Source: the human T2T-CHM13v2.0 reference genome, Homo sapiens. From it: DNA of 64,000 bases. The stretch lies in the NCBI RefSeq assembly GCF_009914755.1, contig NC_060938.1, one strand, 5' to 3'. Position 1 is the stretch's first letter, and every line of letters starts with the position of its first letter. Positions 46,794-62,862 of the stretch are shown one piece after another. Made by a program: the position numbers and the translations under genes. The notes under the pieces are model-generated. The model ran no database searches. It was not told the DNA's origin and saw only the letters and a list, made by a program, of their open reading frames with translations.

Positions 46794-49700
46794 CAAACAA
46801 TATTAAGTCATAAGTTGACGTGAGAGTGTCCAAAATATTTATACTGGGCATGGCCCCTTCTTGAACTGGAGAAACACAATTATGAAATTCTCCTTCAATG
46901 GGTAAGGGTATAGAGTTGCTGCATTGAAAGTGTCACACTGATGGGTGGTTAATACAAAAAGAAAATACCATATTTCGTTAGTTAAGACTAACAGAAAAAT
47001 GTTGGGTGTTTTCAGTTAGCAATAGTGATTGTACTGTATGTGGTACCATCAAATTTAAAGGTGATCCTAGAGCATGGTCTGTAGATACTTCAAGTAATTA
47101 GATGAGGCTGTAACTGCTCTGAGGCAAGGAAGATAAGCCTTGGTTACTGGATCAAGCAATGGGCTACAAAAGGCACTGAGTCTTTGATGTTGTTGATTTA
47201 ATACTTATCATGGATTTTCTTTTTAATAAAAAAGAAAGATTTATGATAATTTGGAAGGATTGATCTGCCCTCCTATTAGCTTGTCTCTAATTTTTCTGCC
47301 CATATCCTTGGAGAGTTTGTGCAAAGATTCTTCATTTTTTTTTTTGTAAATCATACGTATTATAGGTATTCTTAGCTGCTTTGGGACAGTGGTTCTTCCA
47401 GTGGATTTTCTGCCTGCAATATCCATAGACTTCCCTATCTATAGGTTCCTGATTCATAGAGAACAGAGGATATTTTGGTCTTGTTTTTATCTGAAGGACC
47501 ACAAATTTGTCTTGATTTCTATTTTGCTAATTACCCAAGCCCTATGAAAAGTCAGTGATATACTAGAGATTTCTAAATTGACAATTTCTCATTCAACCTT
47601 TTTATTCTGAGTCTATATTTTATATCTGAGCCTCATATGTTTTTTCTTCCATATTCATATTTTATGTCTGAAAGTTTCCTGAAGTCAATTTTTAAAGTTT
47701 CCTGTTGATTCATCCCTATTTTATTTATAATTTAGAACCTTTGTCCAATTGATATTTAAGAGAAAGTCTTCCAAAATAGCCTTCTGTAATTTTTTTTATT
47801 TTTCTTGCCCCCTAAAGGCCACTAAATTGTTAAAATGTATTATCATTATGTTTTAATAAACAGCTGGATTATTTAAGTATTCTCCTGGTCTTTCTTATCC
47901 CACTGTTTTTAACCATTTTTTCCCACCTGAAGGTCTAACAATTAAGTGAACTAGTTGGAACAGAACTGATAGTTCAGGACAGTAAATATCTAACAAGTCT
48001 GCAACAGATTTTTTATCTTTCTGGGTTAAAAGAATTCCTTAACACTCAGCTCAAGACCAGGGTTTAAATTCAACTTCTGTAGAATAGCCTTCTGATCTAG
48101 CAGTTTTAAGTAGATTTGGGCAGTGTGCCCACTCCTTTCCTGTGAAAATTTCTGAGGAAAAAGTAGCTTGTTTAGAAGGTCAGGGGAAGGAGCAGAAGGA
48201 ATTGAAGGGATGTATTGAGTGGTAAAAATAAAACTGAATGAAAAGAAATGCAAGGAGGGCAGGTTTCAGAAGGTTACAGTGTCAAATGTAGAGACTGCAT
48301 TTTGGAGTCAGCATTTTATTTTGAGGCCTCAGTTTATTATTTGAAGCAGCTAACTAATGAGTGTTTGGTATTTGTCTCAATATTTAAAGAGCTCCTCTTA
48401 ACTGTATTGTTTATTCTTACATGTCCAAAGTTCACCATAATGGCCACAGTTATTCTCATTTTTTAAAAGTATATTTACTATTATTGATACAAAAATTAGT
48501 GTTGTTTAATAGAAATAGGAAGCAGAAATTCTTCCAGGAGGAGCTTGCAGTTTTGATATAAACCTGTAACATAAAAGTTAATCAATAGTATGTGCTCATG
48601 AAAAGTGTTTTGGGTTCTTTAAGCAAGCAGAGGCTAGGACAGAGTTGTATGATCAATAATCTGACAATTACTGATTTTGTATTATGTGCTATACAAAGTG
48701 ACTCACGCATTGAAAAGACAGAGAGTGTCCTCTTGAAGGTTTTGTAGGGAACCTAAGGCAGAATTTGATTAATTACTTTTGCATAAATTGGTTGCCAGCC
48801 TACCAGACTTCCAACCATTAGTCTTTGGGGCAGTGTGAATGGGACTGAAGACTTCTTAGGCCTATGCTTCCATCTGTTCTTTATAGAGGACTTTAGTATT
48901 CATTCAGTGATACAAAACAATTCAAGACAAAACAAAAACACGTGAGACAAGACTTTGTACAAATTGTCAAATAAAAGAAAGCAAAGCAAGCAGCAAAAGA
49001 ATAAGCAGGCTAATGGCAAAAATATTCACTGAATGGTGTGCCCCCAAACCAAAAGTTCTAAGAACTTTATACAAAAATTAGGTCTTATTATTTATCAAGT
49101 GAATGTACTTCCAACACTAAAATTTGAATTACTCTATGCAAACACTTAGGACTAATGACCCTATATAAAGACCTATATGGTTACAAAATCCTAGGATAAC
49201 AAATTAATTTAGCAACAAGAGCTCAATGAAGCAAATCAGAACTCAGAGTGTTGTTGAGACAGATTCACCTGGAAGCAAATTGAAGGACAAATGGAATTTG
49301 GGAACAAGGCAGAAAGAGAATGCACCTGTAAGTCTAAGAGTCACAGAGGATGCTGCCAAGTGAAGGCATTCAAAAATGGTACAATGAGACGTCCAGAATT
49401 GGCAAAGGATAAGACCATCTCTCAAAATATGACTTAAAAAAACAAAGCTAAACTTATTGCTTAGTGAACTATAGAGCTCTGCTGGTGAGGCATAGTCTCA
49501 TTGAGCAAAGCCAACTGATGACCACATGTAGGCGTCAGGGGCGTGTTTTGGAGTTTTGTGGGTTATGGAAGCAAGATGGGTTGACATCAGTCTGAGAATA
49601 TGTCTTTTGTTAAATGTGTTGGGTGTAGAGGTGAAAACAGTAAGTTTTCTGGAGTGAGTCTTTGACTACTTGACTGACTTTTAAAGCAATGAGGCTCTCT

Positions 49701-50499
49701 GTTGGCTTTTTGTGTGGGTTGTTGATTGAAGTAAGTGTTCCTTACTTTGGGTTTAAAACCAGTTCTGGTGTTTACCTTTACCTGAAACTGAAATTAGAAA
49801 CTGATTACATGTATTAAAAACCAGTTCAGATATTTACTGGCTGTATGGTTTTAGAACATGTAGTCTTTCCCGGTGAGTGTAGGAATAATTTCATATATTT
49901 ATAATGGATGTGCACATAAATTTACTGTTATTTTTCAGATAACATTTGTTTCATATAAGCTTTTTATACTGACATAGTCAACTCATGTGTTGATATATTC
50001 TACATACTTATTAATAGCTATGTGTCATATTAATGCACCATAGTTTATATAGCTATTTCTCAATTGTTGAGCATTTGGATTTATTTCAGTTTTTCACTGT
50101 TACCAAGTCATGCTGTAATACTCCTTTTGAATAATTTCCTGAAAGATATAGTCTCCAAAGGGACGCTAATAAAATTTGTCATGATTTTAAAAAGTTAGAT
50201 GATTATTTCATTTGTAAGCTAAGTATAGTATAGGTCCATCATTTGACCCAGTTGCCTGGCTGAATTTAATTTAAAAAAGTGTTTGTGGCTTCATATGTTT
50301 TTATCTGAGCAAATTAGGCTAATTTGTATTCTTGGTTTTTATCTCTACCTATATTCATACGTGAGCAAATCAAGATTCTGCAGTGTAGAAAAACTGATGG
50401 ATTTTGACATAAAGACTGAATTTCATAGAAATCCATACATGATGAATGAAAAGCATATAAATTATCTAGGGAGGGGTGGGGGACAGTAGGAATTGCTCA

Positions 50500-50675
50500 T
50501 CCCCATTCATGAGAACCAATTATTAAATATTCAGGAATTATATAAACCAGTTATTAAACCTTTAATAGCTTGGAATCAGCCATGATGGGTATATTTACAC
50601 CACAGAAATTGGCAAATGCTACAAATCAAGGCTTTTGTTTTTTTGTCAGAGAGCCAGTTTATCAGCACATCACTG
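50500..50675 (+). mobile_element. MER63-like hAT MITE
   Basis: TATTTACACCACAGAAATTGGCAAATGCTACAAATCAAGG core shared with the 21859 copy; ends CAGCACATCACTG. Confidence 0.75.
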
Positions 50676-52999
50676 GATGAGAGCATCAGGCAGGAAACCT
50701 GGGAGTTGGAACGTTGCCATTAATTTCATGATTACTTTACATATTGCTAATTTTAAAAAATGAAACTTTATATTTGCTTCTATACCACACATGGTCCTCA
50801 TTATTTTGAATTGGGAAGATGGCCAGTGAAAAAGACCAAGAAATGAGACTAAAGCTCCCAAGAAAAATGCAAAATACAGCCAAATCCACATACTTGGTTT
50901 CATTTATCCTGGTTCATGAACCTCTATTTTGAAAAAATTACTTCCCAGCTAACATCTATTTTCAAAATACATGTTTTAGCAAGAAATGTTCAAAATACAA
51001 ATTATTATATTTTGACAAAAATTGTGGCAAAAATGGACATCTATTTAAAGTTAGCAGACTACTTAAAGAGGGTGGATGTGGGTATTTTTAATTCTTTTCT
51101 CTACAAGAATCCCTCCTCTCCCCCACAAGAATCTACAAAACAAAATAAGAGGGAGGAGAGGCTCCATCTTATGGGAGCAAGAAAGATCCATAATCGCACG
51201 CCACTTAGAAGTGACCCTGTTTAAGGAAAAAAGATGTGATTCAAGGATTTGACATCCAGCAAAACTGACTTTCAGGCATAAAGGGCCACAACTATTATCA
51301 ACATGTAAAAATCCAAGGAATATTGTTCCCATGACCCTTAATGCAAAATCTACTAAAGAATGAATTTCAGATCAGCAAAGATGACATAAGGACTAGGAGT
51401 GATCATTAAATGTATATTTGTTTGCGGAACTTAGACTAAATGCGGGACAAAAGGGAGAGAACATCATATGTAATCTCTATTTTCTTTAAATAAATGAATG
51501 AATAGATAAACTAAAAAGTAGGAGAATGAGGAGAGCATGTGCCAAATTAAAAAAAAACTTTCATTAAGTAGTCATAGTAGTTGATGGTGGTATTGGTACT
51601 GCTACTCTGCGGCTGTTGTGTATGTATTAGAGCATTGAAAAAATGAGTAATTATGGGATATCATAATTCAACCATCCCTGATGCATTAAGAATCAAGATT
51701 CTTGATTCCAGATTCTTGGACAAGGAGATATGGATATAATATAGACATTCAGTGGAAACTCTATAGTCCTGAATTTGAATTGGGAATGTCAATATGAATT
51801 TATGAGGTATTTTATCATACACACACACCACACACAATTTTATTCTAGCTCTGCCCACTGAAAGGTCTAGAAACACTGACCAACGCAGCAGCACTTTGAG
51901 CATTATAATCTTGAAGAACCATATTCTACTAAAAGAAACCAGTGCTTCTTAGAAAAATGCCCGTTCTAGGTCTAAGGTAGGAAATGAACTTGGAACACCT
52001 TTGGGGGAAAGAAAACTGTTATAAAGTTATGTTAGTTATTTTTCTGGATTTTTTTTGTTCGTGATACTAGCCAGTTTTTTGAATTTGTAATTTATATTCC
52101 TCATTCTAAATAAATATTCACTTTCAAGCCTAATTCTGCATTCTTTTTCTTACAGAGGTTTTCCTCTGCCCCACTCTGCCCCACAGATTATGTAAGCTTC
52201 AGGCCCCATAAAACCTGGATTCACACCCGCCTCTCTACCACATACGCATAATGAGAGCCCCTTAAGAAGAAAATGAAACAAATGAGGAAACAATAAATGT
52301 AATAGAGGAAAAATATTTAAAGAGATGAGAGAAAAAACTTTTCTCGAATAAAACTTGAATCTTCATACTATTTCCCTAGGGAAAACTGATACATTCCAGT
52401 CAATATGAGAAAATACTTAGTAAAGTTATTGAACTTTTAAGAAGAAAGGATCCACACAGAGTTTTCCATAGCAATATTCCATGGAAAAAGACAGATGAAT
52501 GATAATTGACAAGGTTTTGAAAGAATCACCCTAAGAATTTTTATATCCTGCCAATTTGTTAATTAACTATGAAAGCAACAGAAGATATGCTCAAGAATGT
52601 GAGTACTCAGGAAATACAGCAATCCTAATACTGCTTCTTGGAAAACCATATGGCAAAATTTGGCCCACTTTTATTTTATTCAAAATAAGAGCTCAGGTAT
52701 GGAGAAGTTGACAGTGAAAGGATTTTTGATGTAGTGAATCCAATTAAATATAACACTAAAGCCAAACAACTTTGAATATTGTGAGTACAGAGCAGAGTGT
52801 AAATATTTTAAACGCTGACATTGTGAAATTGATAATTAAAAAATGAGAAAATGATTTATTCAACAAATCTGTATTAAGCACTGATTCTGTGCCAAGCACT
52901 GTACTAGGTGTTAAGGATACTATAATGATCAAGAAAGAGATTCAAGTTTTGCCTCTAGAAGGCTTACAGTCTATAAATAATGCACCATAACATTATGGT

Positions 53000-53460
53000 T
53001 TGGAGTTATCTATTTCTTTTTCCGTCTAGTTCCCCTTCTAGCAATAGAACTCCTCTCTCCAATTCCCTCTGGTTCAGGTGAACCTGATGACATTCACCCC
53101 TTACATACAGGTGACAGTTCAGACCATCCCATCCCTCTGACCACAGTGATTATTTCTGGACTGGGCATATGATCAAATTGGGCCCATTCCTGGAAATTTC
53201 CTGACATAGCTGTCTTGAAAAACTGACTTGCACTGGTGTTGCTAAGCTAGCAGGATGTGAATCTGGATCTCAGTGGTCATCTTGGCCGTCATGTAGAGAG
53301 GACTGTTCAGAGAGAGAAAGAGCCTTAATGTCACTTAAGTGTCCCAAATCCTTCTGAAATCCACCTACACCGCTGACCTTTCCAATTACAGAACCAATTA
53401 TCTACTTTTTTGCTTAAACTTGTTGGAATTGGATTTCATTACTTACAACTGAAAGAAGTC
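53000..53460 (+). mobile_element. Old ERVL-class LTR (LTR33/LTR16/MLT-like)
   Basis: CCACAGTGATT...GGGCATATGATCAAATTGGGCCCA and TTGCTTAAACTTGTTGGAATTGGATTTCATTACTTACAACTGAAAGA end motif. Confidence 0.55.
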
Positions 53461-53749
53461 CACCAACTTCTAGTGTTATAATAGGGGAAGTTCAGGATGA
53501 TTGGGAACACATAGCAATAGTACATATATAAATTGTCTTGTAATTTCCATATGCATTTGTAGTATCTTTCAATGTTTATTACATTTTAAACATATTTACT
53601 CAAACTGCTTTTGGTTTTATTTCAAAGTTATGACATGTAAAACGTAGAAGGAAGGGAGGAGTGGTAAGAGGAAATCTGAGAATGCTGATTTTCTTATGGC
53701 AGGGAATTAAAGGTGAAACATATATTTAAAAAGCATGACTCCAAACCAA

Positions 53750-54585
53750 TAAGTAAAGACAAAAGACCTGATCAGCCTCTTCACAAAAAAGAATAAACAC
53801 AAAGGGCCAACAAACATATGACAATGTGCTTAATTTCATTAATCATCAGGGAAATGCATATTGAACACAATGGGCTAGGCTACTAAACCACACCCTCCAG
53901 AATGTTTAAAATTAAAAAGACAGAGAATATCAAGCATTGGTGAGGATGTGTAGCATCAGGAACCCTCTAAGACTGCTGGTAAGGTTATAAATTGGTACTT
54001 TGGAAAATGGACAATATCAACCAGTCCTGAACATGTGCACACTCTCTACCCAGTAATTCTGCTTTAGTTATAAACGCAAAAGAAAGAAGACACAGAAAGA
54101 AGAGCAGAAGACATATGAATGTTCATAGCAGCACTATTCATGCCAGCCAAGAACTAGAGACACTGAAATGCCCATCTACAGAATGAATTAATCATTATTC
54201 ACATAATGGGAAATTGCGCAGTAATGACTATGAATTATGAACAATTATGCAATAATATAATTAATCTCACAAATATAATGTTGAGTGACAGAAGCTAGAC
54301 CAAAAGAATATATCATGTATCATGTATGATTCCACTTACGCAAATTATAAAAACAGGCAAAACGAACTGATGCTGTTAAAAGTCAGGCACGTGGTTACCC
54401 TTGAGCAAGGGGTCATGACTGGAGGGTGGCAGGAGGAGGGGCTTATGGAGTGCTGGATATTCTCTGTTTCTTGATCTAGGTGCTAGTTACACAATGTGTT
54501 CAGTTTGTGAAAATTCATTAAGTTATATACTTAATGTGCAGTTTTCTGTATGTGGACTATATTCCATTCAAAGGTATAAAAAGTT
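53750..54585 (+). mobile_element. Old L1M 3' end
   Basis: AATCATCAGGGAAATGCA...GTTTCTTGATCTAGGTGCTAGTTACAC motifs. Confidence 0.8.
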
Positions 54586-55415
54586 AAACACATGACTCCC
54601 AGCTCAATGTTTTCCAAAATCTTTGTTCTTAATTTCAAGTGAATTTATTAGAACTTCTAATGGTAAAAAAATCATTTACTTGAAATTCAGCAGTATTTTA
54701 AATGTCATCTCATCTTCCTTTTAGTCAGTTAATTTCAAGTGCATTTTAATACTTTTTATTTAAAATGCCACATACAAAACAGTTCTACTTTTTATAAAAC
54801 TGTTTTTCTCCTTTTTCTTTCTTTTAGCCCTCTTCCATTTGTGTATGTACCTAGGGAGACGACTGGATGATGTTCACCAAATGTTAACTATCGTTAAATC
54901 CAGGAGATGGGATGTGGGGTGCATTTTTAAATTTTCTCTCTGGACTCTGCTATCTAGTTTGAACTTTTTATGATGCGCATACATACATATCATTTCTATA
55001 AAAACATTAAAACAATTTCTTTATAAAAGAAAAGCTGATCTTATATCTTATGCCTGCATTCAGCCATACCTATCAGAAAGGAAGATTCCTAGGAACCTAT
55101 TCTACACAAAATCTGATTATAGTGACATAGCTCCATTCAGGCAGTTTGGGAGTCATCTCTGTCATCTCTCAGTGGGGTGCGTTCATGCTGGCATTTTGTA
55201 CACAGCCTTCTGTTCACATTTAATGGAAATATGTAGGATGATCTCATAGGGGAGAGACTGCCCAGACACTTTCAAAGGTTTTATGTTTGATTTTTAATTC
55301 AGCAATGTGGGAAAGAACGATATTCAAATGACAGTGATATTATAACTGGTTTCCATATAAAGCAAAGGGAGGCACCTTAAAGTCCTCATATCAATCCTTT
55401 CTTATTATTTTTTAG

Positions 55416-55514
<99 letters not shown>

Positions 55515-56502
55515 TAGATATTTAGGTGCATGAAATTTCACTAATAATCTGGAATTATTTCTGTTGGATCATTTGGTGAATAGATACTCAGTAGCCACTA
55601 GCCGCAATCTCATTTGTTATCGATATTAATGACACAGGTGAAGAATTCTTTGTATATATCTATAAAACAATAAGTTACTCCTAAAGATAAAACTTTTACT
55701 TTGAAGAATTAAATCACTTCAAGACTGACAGTGCAAATATCAAGATTCAGGTTTTAATAGAGGTTTCAAAGCCAGTGTAACAAATATCTAATTTTGAAAT
55801 CCCTGGAGTCAATCTTAGAGCACAGAATGTAAAATTAGAAGACCTTCCACTTTCTGTGTCATGCTGGTTCAATACTGTACAAATTGTTACACTGAGCAGA
55901 TATCACCAAAAGTGCCTACTGGGAAATCAGGGGAGAAAGATCAAAATTTACAAAAATGTTCCTTGAAAATTGGGATCTCTGAACTTATTAGGTTTACAGT
56001 CATAAAAGTTTGTCTGTATTAAAAACTATCAAATATGTATTTACATAAAGTGGGAGGTGAGGGTGATTTAGCTTGTAAGTAAACACCCAACTATTCAGAT
56101 TCCATTCTAGAATTTAAATGTACACTTACCAGGTGATAGGAGGCTGCCTTGAATATCTACTAAAAAGAAAGTAGAAATATCCTACTTTCTCTTTGTGGCT
56201 CCTACGAGTGCTTTGAATTAAAATTTGAATTTGTAGAAACTAGCCAGATTAAAACCCCACTAATTTGTATTAAAAAATGGGAAGGTCCATGTGAGTTAGC
56301 ATAAGGGTAGACACTTGTTAATTAAAACTATGCCATGCGTTTTCTATACTTAGACACGGCTCTGTGTGGGCAAACCCACCCAAGACTTTCTTCTTTCTTT
56401 AGTAGCAGCCCTGTCGTGTCATTTTCATCATTGTGGGACCAAACAGACATAGCAAATATAAGATGCCACAGAATTCCTTTGCATAATTTGTGATGAAAGT
56501 AG

Positions 56503-56754
<252 letters not shown>

Positions 56755-58146
56755 TAGTTTATCCACTGATAGGAGGCTGATGATTAGAAATTGTCAGGAG
56801 AATAGGGCATCCTGGGCTGGTGCTCCTCCTTGGTGAACTGTGGGATTCTATGGGCGCTGGATGTATACACTGCCTGCAAAAATAGGCCGGATCCTGAGTT
56901 CACCCAGAAGGCAGTAACCCTCACCTTCTTATCTCTGTGCACTGAGAAGTGCTCCTTAATATTTTTAGGCTTAATTTTCCTTATCTACATGAAAAAGGAA
57001 AACAGATGTCTATAGTATTGGAATTCTGTATTAAGTTATGTAATTAGAGATTGAAAGAAATGCTCTTTAAAACTGCTCCTAAAGAATTTAATTATAAATT
57101 ATTAAAAACTTCACTAAAAATGAAATCTTGTGTGGAAGAAGAAGAGGACCAGTGTCTTAAAAGAAAAGCACTAGAGTGTTTTTCAAATAGTGTATACTTA
57201 TAGGATGTAATTATGTCTTTAATAGAGGACTGATTGTTACATGATTCCAAAGCAGCTTGACTTGTTAAACAAACAAACAAGAGCAGGAGGGGAGGTAGGA
57301 GTCTGAGGAAATGGAAGTTAATCTTTCCCAAAAGATATCCACCAGGTCTGTAGACATACGCTTTGTAGTTAGTACGACATTGTTCAAAGACATGACTTTT
57401 TAACTTGAAAGCATAGTGTTGAATATGCCACTGAATTCAGACATTTGTTTAATTTACTGTGGCCTTTGTGCATCGTGCCAGGAGTGAGACAGTGGCATTA
57501 CAAGCTTTTCAGCACAATTGTTGTCAGAGGGATTTAAAATTACTTTAAAGAAAGGACAATATAACTTGTATCCAGTTTTACAAAACTGGCAGATTTGAAA
57601 AGCAAATGAATTATTTTTGTCACTGCACCCATGACATTTACTCTCAGATACCTTATATTTAACTTTGGCAGTTAGTACCATAAATACAATACCAAATTTC
57701 TCAATCATTAATCAGCATGGTGGTTATATACATTTTATCTTACTTTCATACCACAGACTAGATAGCAGTAAGCATATGGTACATATGGATGACAGGCTCC
57801 TATAATTTCACTGTCACACTTATGAATTCCAACCCACTAGTGGATGCAGAGATCTCAGTATTGTGCAATTACCTAATGGCTTTAATGTGTTTTGAATAAA
57901 TTACATAAAGAAAGCCTTCTTACATAAAGAGAAAGCTTCTCTTTCTTCTCTGGAGTTGGGAGACATAAACAGGCAGAGGAGGGGTGCGCCTTCAACAACA
58001 GCCCTTTATTGGAACTAAAAATGACGGTGGCTTGTTCCATTACTGCAGTATACAGCTACAGCTCTTAGATTAACTGATACATTTTGCAATGAAAGAGCTC
58101 ACGGAGAGAGTTTAAGACAAATCATGCAAATGCAGAATCCTACTTA

Positions 58147-58734
58147 TTATTTTTATTTTTTATTTTTAGATACAGGGTCTCACTCTGTGGCCCAGGCTGG
58201 AGTGCAGTGGTGCGATCCTAGCTCACTGCAACCTTGAACTCCTGGGCTCCAGCCATCCTTTTGCCTTAGCCTCCCAAGTAGCTAGGACTAAAGGCACGCA
58301 CCACCATGTGCAGCTAATTTATTTTTAAAATTCTTTGAAGAGATGAGGTCTTGCTATGTTTCCAGGGCTGGTCTCAAACTTCTGGGTTCAATCAATCCTC
58401 CTATCTTGACCTCCCAAAGTGCTGGGATTACAGGTGTGAGCCACTGCACCCAGGCAATTATTATTTTTTTAGAGATGGGGTCTTGCTCTGTCTATCAGGC
58501 TGGAGTGCAGCGGTGTGAACATAGCTCACTGCAGCCTTGAACTATTGAGCTCACACAATCCTCCTGCTTCAGCCTCCCAAATAGGACTACAGGAGTGTGC
58601 CACCATGCCCGGTTATTTATTTATTTATTTATTTATTTATTTTGCAGAGATGGGGGTTTCACTATGCTGCCCAGGCTGGTCTTGAACTCCTGGCCTCAAG
58701 TGATAAATTACAGGCATGAGCCACCATACTTGGC
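58147..58734 (-). mobile_element. Two tandem AluJ-like elements
   Basis: About 58147-58453 and 58455-58734; the second has a (TTTA)n linker and an internal deletion. Confidence 0.87.
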
Positions 58735-60885
58735 CAGAATCTCACTTTTTAAGACATTTGTTCTCCATCAAATTGTATTCACTTCTATGCCTATATTGAC
58801 CTACACAATTGGTTTACAGTTAACTATAAGTTATGAGTTTACCAAAGTGCCTTGCCTAGGAAAAAGAGTAGTGAAAGGCAGCTTCAATTTCCATAAAAGT
58901 TCCATTTTAATGAGACTTTTATATCTTACAAGACTGCTGCTAAAGCCCTCTTTTGTGCAGAAATATCGTACTTTGCCTCCGTGTTTCTTTGGGCAGTTTT
59001 GAAAGTCTGCTATCTACATTATTTTTCTGTCCCACGCTGAATCTTACAATTTGGTGTGATTTCTATCCAGGATGTCTTGTCAGCTGACTGTGATGTTCTC
59101 CAGAGGGCTGGCATCTCACTGGTTGCCTCTAGTGAAGAAAAGTCTCCGAATAAACAATTATGCAAAAGTTGTTCTTTGATAATAGTTTCTCATATACTCT
59201 TTCACACACAGAAATAACTTTCTAGCTCATTATCAATAGTAACCATTGTTATAATAACTATTTGTTCATGGTCCCTCAAAGTATTGCAATTATTATTGTC
59301 TTACCTATTTCTAGTGTTATTAAAAACTGATAATAATATGATTAAATTTAACTACTGTTAATTTAAGAACTTCCCAAAAGGAAATGAAAAAGATTAAAGG
59401 TACTGAATCACATTCATTTATGCTTCATTCAACCAGCTTTTATTGGGTGCTTACTGAATACCTACCCTAGCACAGCAGATACAATTTTTTAAATAACAAG
59501 GAGTTATCCTTTTTTTTCTTTTGAGGTTGCTCTGCGTTATAGTACCATATGTAGAATGAGCAGGTAGCCACATTATAAGATGTGGAGCTGCTTCCTTAGC
59601 AGCTGCAGTTAGACTTGAGAATGCATAGTCAAATGCGTGTTTCCAATCACTTACCAGAATCAGGAAATCCTGAGAAAATATCTTCCTTTGTTAATTTATA
59701 CAGCAATACTATACTAGTGCATCTGCCCTGTGGAGTTCTTATAAAGCATACATCGTATTCTCAATTATTGTGTCAGGTAACCACCACTTTGACCAAGCCC
59801 CTAAAGTCCTTGGAAGATTTTGCCCTTGTGGAAAAAATTACTGAAGAAAATTACTGAACATAATTCTGAATCAGCTATTCATATATATTAATTGACCACT
59901 TGCAAGGCCAAAGCTTATTAATGCCCCTCGGCAAATCGATTTGAACTGGTTTGCAGATTTTCTGGTTCATGTCTTTACTGTGTTCAACTAACATTAGCAA
60001 GAGCTCACCACCTACGTATGTTATGAATATATTGTTCTTATTTTCTGAATCCAAAATTGGAATACCTAGCATTGGTTCCAATGAGAACAAAGAGGGCTAC
60101 TGCCATCTTCAGACACATTTTTAATCCAAATGTATGGTTAGATGCTGGTTACTTTAATGATAATTAATTACCACACTTGCTGGTGCATTAACACACAGTC
60201 GTATCTTATTCCATTCCAATTGTATAAGGAATGTTTGGGGGCAGAAATTTATATACAAGTTCTGAAAGTGATTTTAAAGTGGTTTTATAAGAAGAAAACT
60301 TTGTTTTATTCAGAAACTGAAGAATTCATACATTCTAGGTGTATAGTAATATTCTACTAAAGATGAAAAAACGTAAAATCATATAGCAAAAAAGAAACCT
60401 ATTAGTGTCAGTGAATACAGATACATGGCAGGCAATAAAACACAAAACAGGAACGTGGTAACATAAATACAAATATCAGTATTGTAGTCCAGTGAATACT
60501 AGTAACTAAAAAGCAAACCACAATAATAAATCTACATATAGTACAAAGCAAAATTATCAGTGAAAATTGGTACAATGCAAACAGCAAAATAAGTGAATAA
60601 ACTCCACTGCAAGTACCTGTAAATCATGGTCACTAGAATTTCAAAGTGGCACAAAACATGAAACAAAATAACTTGGAAAGATATCCAGCATCATGCTTGT
60701 GTGTGTTATAAAAGAAGTAAAGAAAACAAATTCTAACATAAAATAGTATTTCAATGTAGCCCCAATGTTATAACTGGGGCTATAATAAAGGGGAAAATGC
60801 AAACACAGTCTTAAGTTTTGAATCTTTAAGGCCTTCAAAATCACCAATCCCAAAGCCTGAAAACTCTAACTCTGCTAAAATTTAG

Positions 60886-61669
<784 letters not shown>

Positions 61670-62114
61670 TAAGAAATTGTCCCTGTGTTCAGAAGACTTC
61701 TCTCGTGATCTGTTTTCTATATTACTTTGCTAAGTCTGTAATGTTAAGCTTTAACCTACTGCTACAGCTTGGGTTATGTGTAATCAATTATATCAAACAT
61801 GACAGCTACATACTCATACTACCTCTCATCTGCTTAAGTGGCCTTTTCTTGCTATTTTATTTTGTGTTGCTGAGTTCCACCACTAGAGGTAGCATCATTG
61901 TCACTATCTTTTTGAACTCTGCAGTCCAGTTACCACAGCTTACCCAGTTTTGTACAGTTCTTAGAAGGTGGGCACGCTATGCACGGAGCAATTTTTGGAT
62001 ACATTTTCTGGAGGGAATGCATTATAATAAGCCAGTAAAAATCTGGTCTCTTCCCCATTTATGAGCCTATATATATAAAACCACAAACAAGACTTAAAAC
62101 ATGAACTGGTTATG

Positions 62115-62447
<333 letters not shown>

Positions 62448-62734
62448 CTACATACAAAGCATACATGTAAAATCAAGCAAGCTAACTTATAATATCAAGA
62501 AAGCTAACTTATAGGTGGAAGACAAGATACATATGAAACGGGAGTGGAAATTTGGGCAAGGAGAATCATTCACTGTGAGAAGAGCAGGTTTCAGGAGTCG
62601 CTTAAATGATGGGGAAGTGAGTGATGGCATTATCACTGGGGAGGAAATGGGGGAGATCAAAGGATGTTTTATTCTGTGGCATGGAGGACTGGGAAGGATT
62701 CCAAAAATAATAATGGATTTGCTTTTACTTGTAG

Positions 62735-62862
62735 AAATAGATGATGAATTCATCAAAAACTTGAAAATACTGATTCCTTGGCTACTTAGTCCCGAGAGCC
62801 TAGATATTAAAGAGATCAATGGGAATAAAATCACCTGCCGGGGTCTGGTGGAGTACTTCAAG
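62735..62862 (+). CDS. ATL1: ATL1 coding exon 9 ([10 protein letters not shown]...GLVEYFK)
   Basis: TAG acceptor, 128 nt, phase 1 to 0, donor AAG|GTATCA; embedded in ORF 62515..63006. Confidence 0.97.

Noticed and set aside
48960-49900. Possibly LTR-like or unique intronic segment
   Set aside because: I could not assign a family or any function by eye; needs RepeatMasker and conservation tracks
62735-62740. Second AG 6 nt into exon 9 (TAG-AAATAG)
   Set aside because: Would remove two residues in-frame, but such downstream AGs are common and nothing indicates use
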